From NCBI GenBank assembly GCA_038217285.1, contig JBBQPO010000129.1:1-16762 (forward strand): 16,762 nucleotides of DNA. Direction: 5' to 3'. The notes below the pieces were generated by a model. The model searched no databases and was not told the origin of the DNA. It was given only the letters and a program-made list of their open reading frames with translations. Position numbers and translations under genes: made by a program. The first letter of the stretch is position 1, and the number at the start of each line of letters is the position of its first letter. Below are positions 15,797-16,762 of the stretch, piece after piece. Origin of the DNA: Chthonomonadales bacterium. Its GTDB lineage: Bacteria; Armatimonadota; Chthonomonadetes; Chthonomonadales; Chthonomonadaceae.

Positions 15797-16076
15797 GTGG
15801 AACGTCTCTCTCAATTTCCTGGCTTCTGGCTGATCCGTTCTCTCCCTGGGGCGGTCCCACCAGTTCCTGGGCGAACAGCACTGGCCCTTCATGTCCTCCG
15901 GATACCTGGACATGCTCCCGCGCCATATCGACCAGTTCGGTGACGAAGACATACTCCGTCTGGCCGTAGTCGTCGGCACAAGCGGTCGCCAGGATCGGCG
16001 CGGCGAGCTGCTCGTCAGAGAAAGTCTTGAGCCAGCATTGCATATCCTTGTACGTCGGCACTCTCCCGGCTACCAT
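15738..16076 (-). CDS. hypothetical protein, possibly mobile-element derived; 3' end overlaps the tRNA-like element
   Basis: ATG 16076 preceded by GGAAGGTGA; the first ~75 aa look globular (TYKDMQCWLKTFSDEQLAAPIL...), while the tail is low-complexity and runs about 60 nt into the tRNA-like sequence. Confidence 0.45.
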   Translation of the reverse strand: MVAGRVPTYKDMQCWLKTFSDEQLAAPILATACADDYGQTEYVFVTELVDMAREHVQVSGGHEGPVLFAQELVGPPQGENGSARSQEIERDVPRPRSSTGRAVHKPRRKSSV

Positions 16077-16363
16077 CAGTCCCAATCACCTTCCAGATTA
16101 GATTTCTTGCCCCCTGTGCGCCCGAACCTGAGTGGGAACGTCTCCGGGACGGCAATGCTTCAACGATATATACGGTGAAGGCTGGCGAGACTCCTGCGTG
16201 GACGGGTCTGACGTCTCGACGCAGGCTACTCCTCTTGCTTCGGCCTCTCCTTAAACCAATAGATACTCCGATGAATAGTTTTCAGGCCGTTTCGAGGCAT
16301 GCGGTGGCGGGAATGGAGCACACAGACTCCACCCCTGAAAAATCAACTCACAGGTTTTGCAGA

Positions 16364-16621
16364 CTAACCGACAAACCGTAACAACTGCACCAAGCCCACG
16401 GTCGCGGAGGCTACCATCCCAAACAGACCCGTCGCTAAACGATACTCATCCCGAACAATCCGAAACGCTTTCACACGCCGAATGCCGTGCTCCACCCGCA
16501 CACGACGCGAAGAAAAAAGACGATTGGCCTCTTTCTGCTCGGCGGTCAGAACGCCGCCACGAGGCTTCTTGTGGGGAACATCGATCCCTTCCACTCCTTT
16601 GTAACCCAAGTCGCCCTCAAA
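16364..16621 (-). pseudogene. C-terminal fragment of an IS5-family (DDE_Tnp_4-like) transposase
   Basis: 'FEGDLGYKG..VPHKKPRGGVLTAEQKEANRLFSSRRVRVEHGIRRVKAFRIV' carries the second Asp (DLGY) and catalytic Glu (RVRVEH) motifs; similarity stops upstream of ~16621. Confidence 0.85.
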
Positions 16622-16709
16622 GTTGACGTTTAGACTACAGAGCAGCCGAAGATAAACTTTGGCTGCCCCATTGGGTACCTTTCAGTTAACAAGAAAGGAA
16701 GGTGCCCAC

Positions 16710-16762
16710 ATGGATTTTAGCACACTTGCCGACTTCCGGCGCAAGACCTATGCCTGCTTTGG
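16710..16762 (+). mobile_element. 5' end of a probable second transposase gene (runs off the window)
   Basis: AAAGGAAGG RBS then ATG 16710: MDFSTLADFRRKTYACF..., recalling the 'L..FR...Y.CF' N-terminus of IS701-related (DDE_5-type) transposases; only 17 codons visible. Confidence 0.55.

Overview
GC-rich bacterial chromosome segment; the gene families tentatively suggest Armatimonadota or a related terrabacterial lineage (inference only). Positions 1-13.7 kb are mostly core genes: mreB-mreC-mreD, a signal-peptide-bearing MsrB, a stand-alone family-B DNA polymerase, aroF-tyrA, a PhyH-type 2OG-Fe(II) dioxygenase, a secreted methionine-rich three-repeat protein, DUF1015, a glycine-zipper protein, a Tat-exported Gfo/Idh/MocA oxidoreductase and CsbD. 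After a perfect 21-bp inverted repeat at 13.76 kb the window looks accessory. It holds a PIN toxin-antitoxin pair, a converging GTTCCA/TGGAAC repeat cluster, a small membrane protein, a tRNA-shaped element, a truncated IS5-type transposase and the start of a second transposase. Three observations stand out. (1) The tRNA-shaped element keeps its acceptor, D and T arms, but its anticodon arm is replaced by a long GAAA-capped hairpin, and it lies upstream of and co-oriented with the PIN nuclease. (2) The Met-rich secreted protein carries three conserved His-containing cores. (3) One ECF-sigma-type promoter motif (AAC-N17/18-CGT) precedes msrB, the Met-rich gene, the Gly-zipper gene and csbD, hinting at an envelope oxidative or general stress regulon. 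All calls were made by eye, without database searches.
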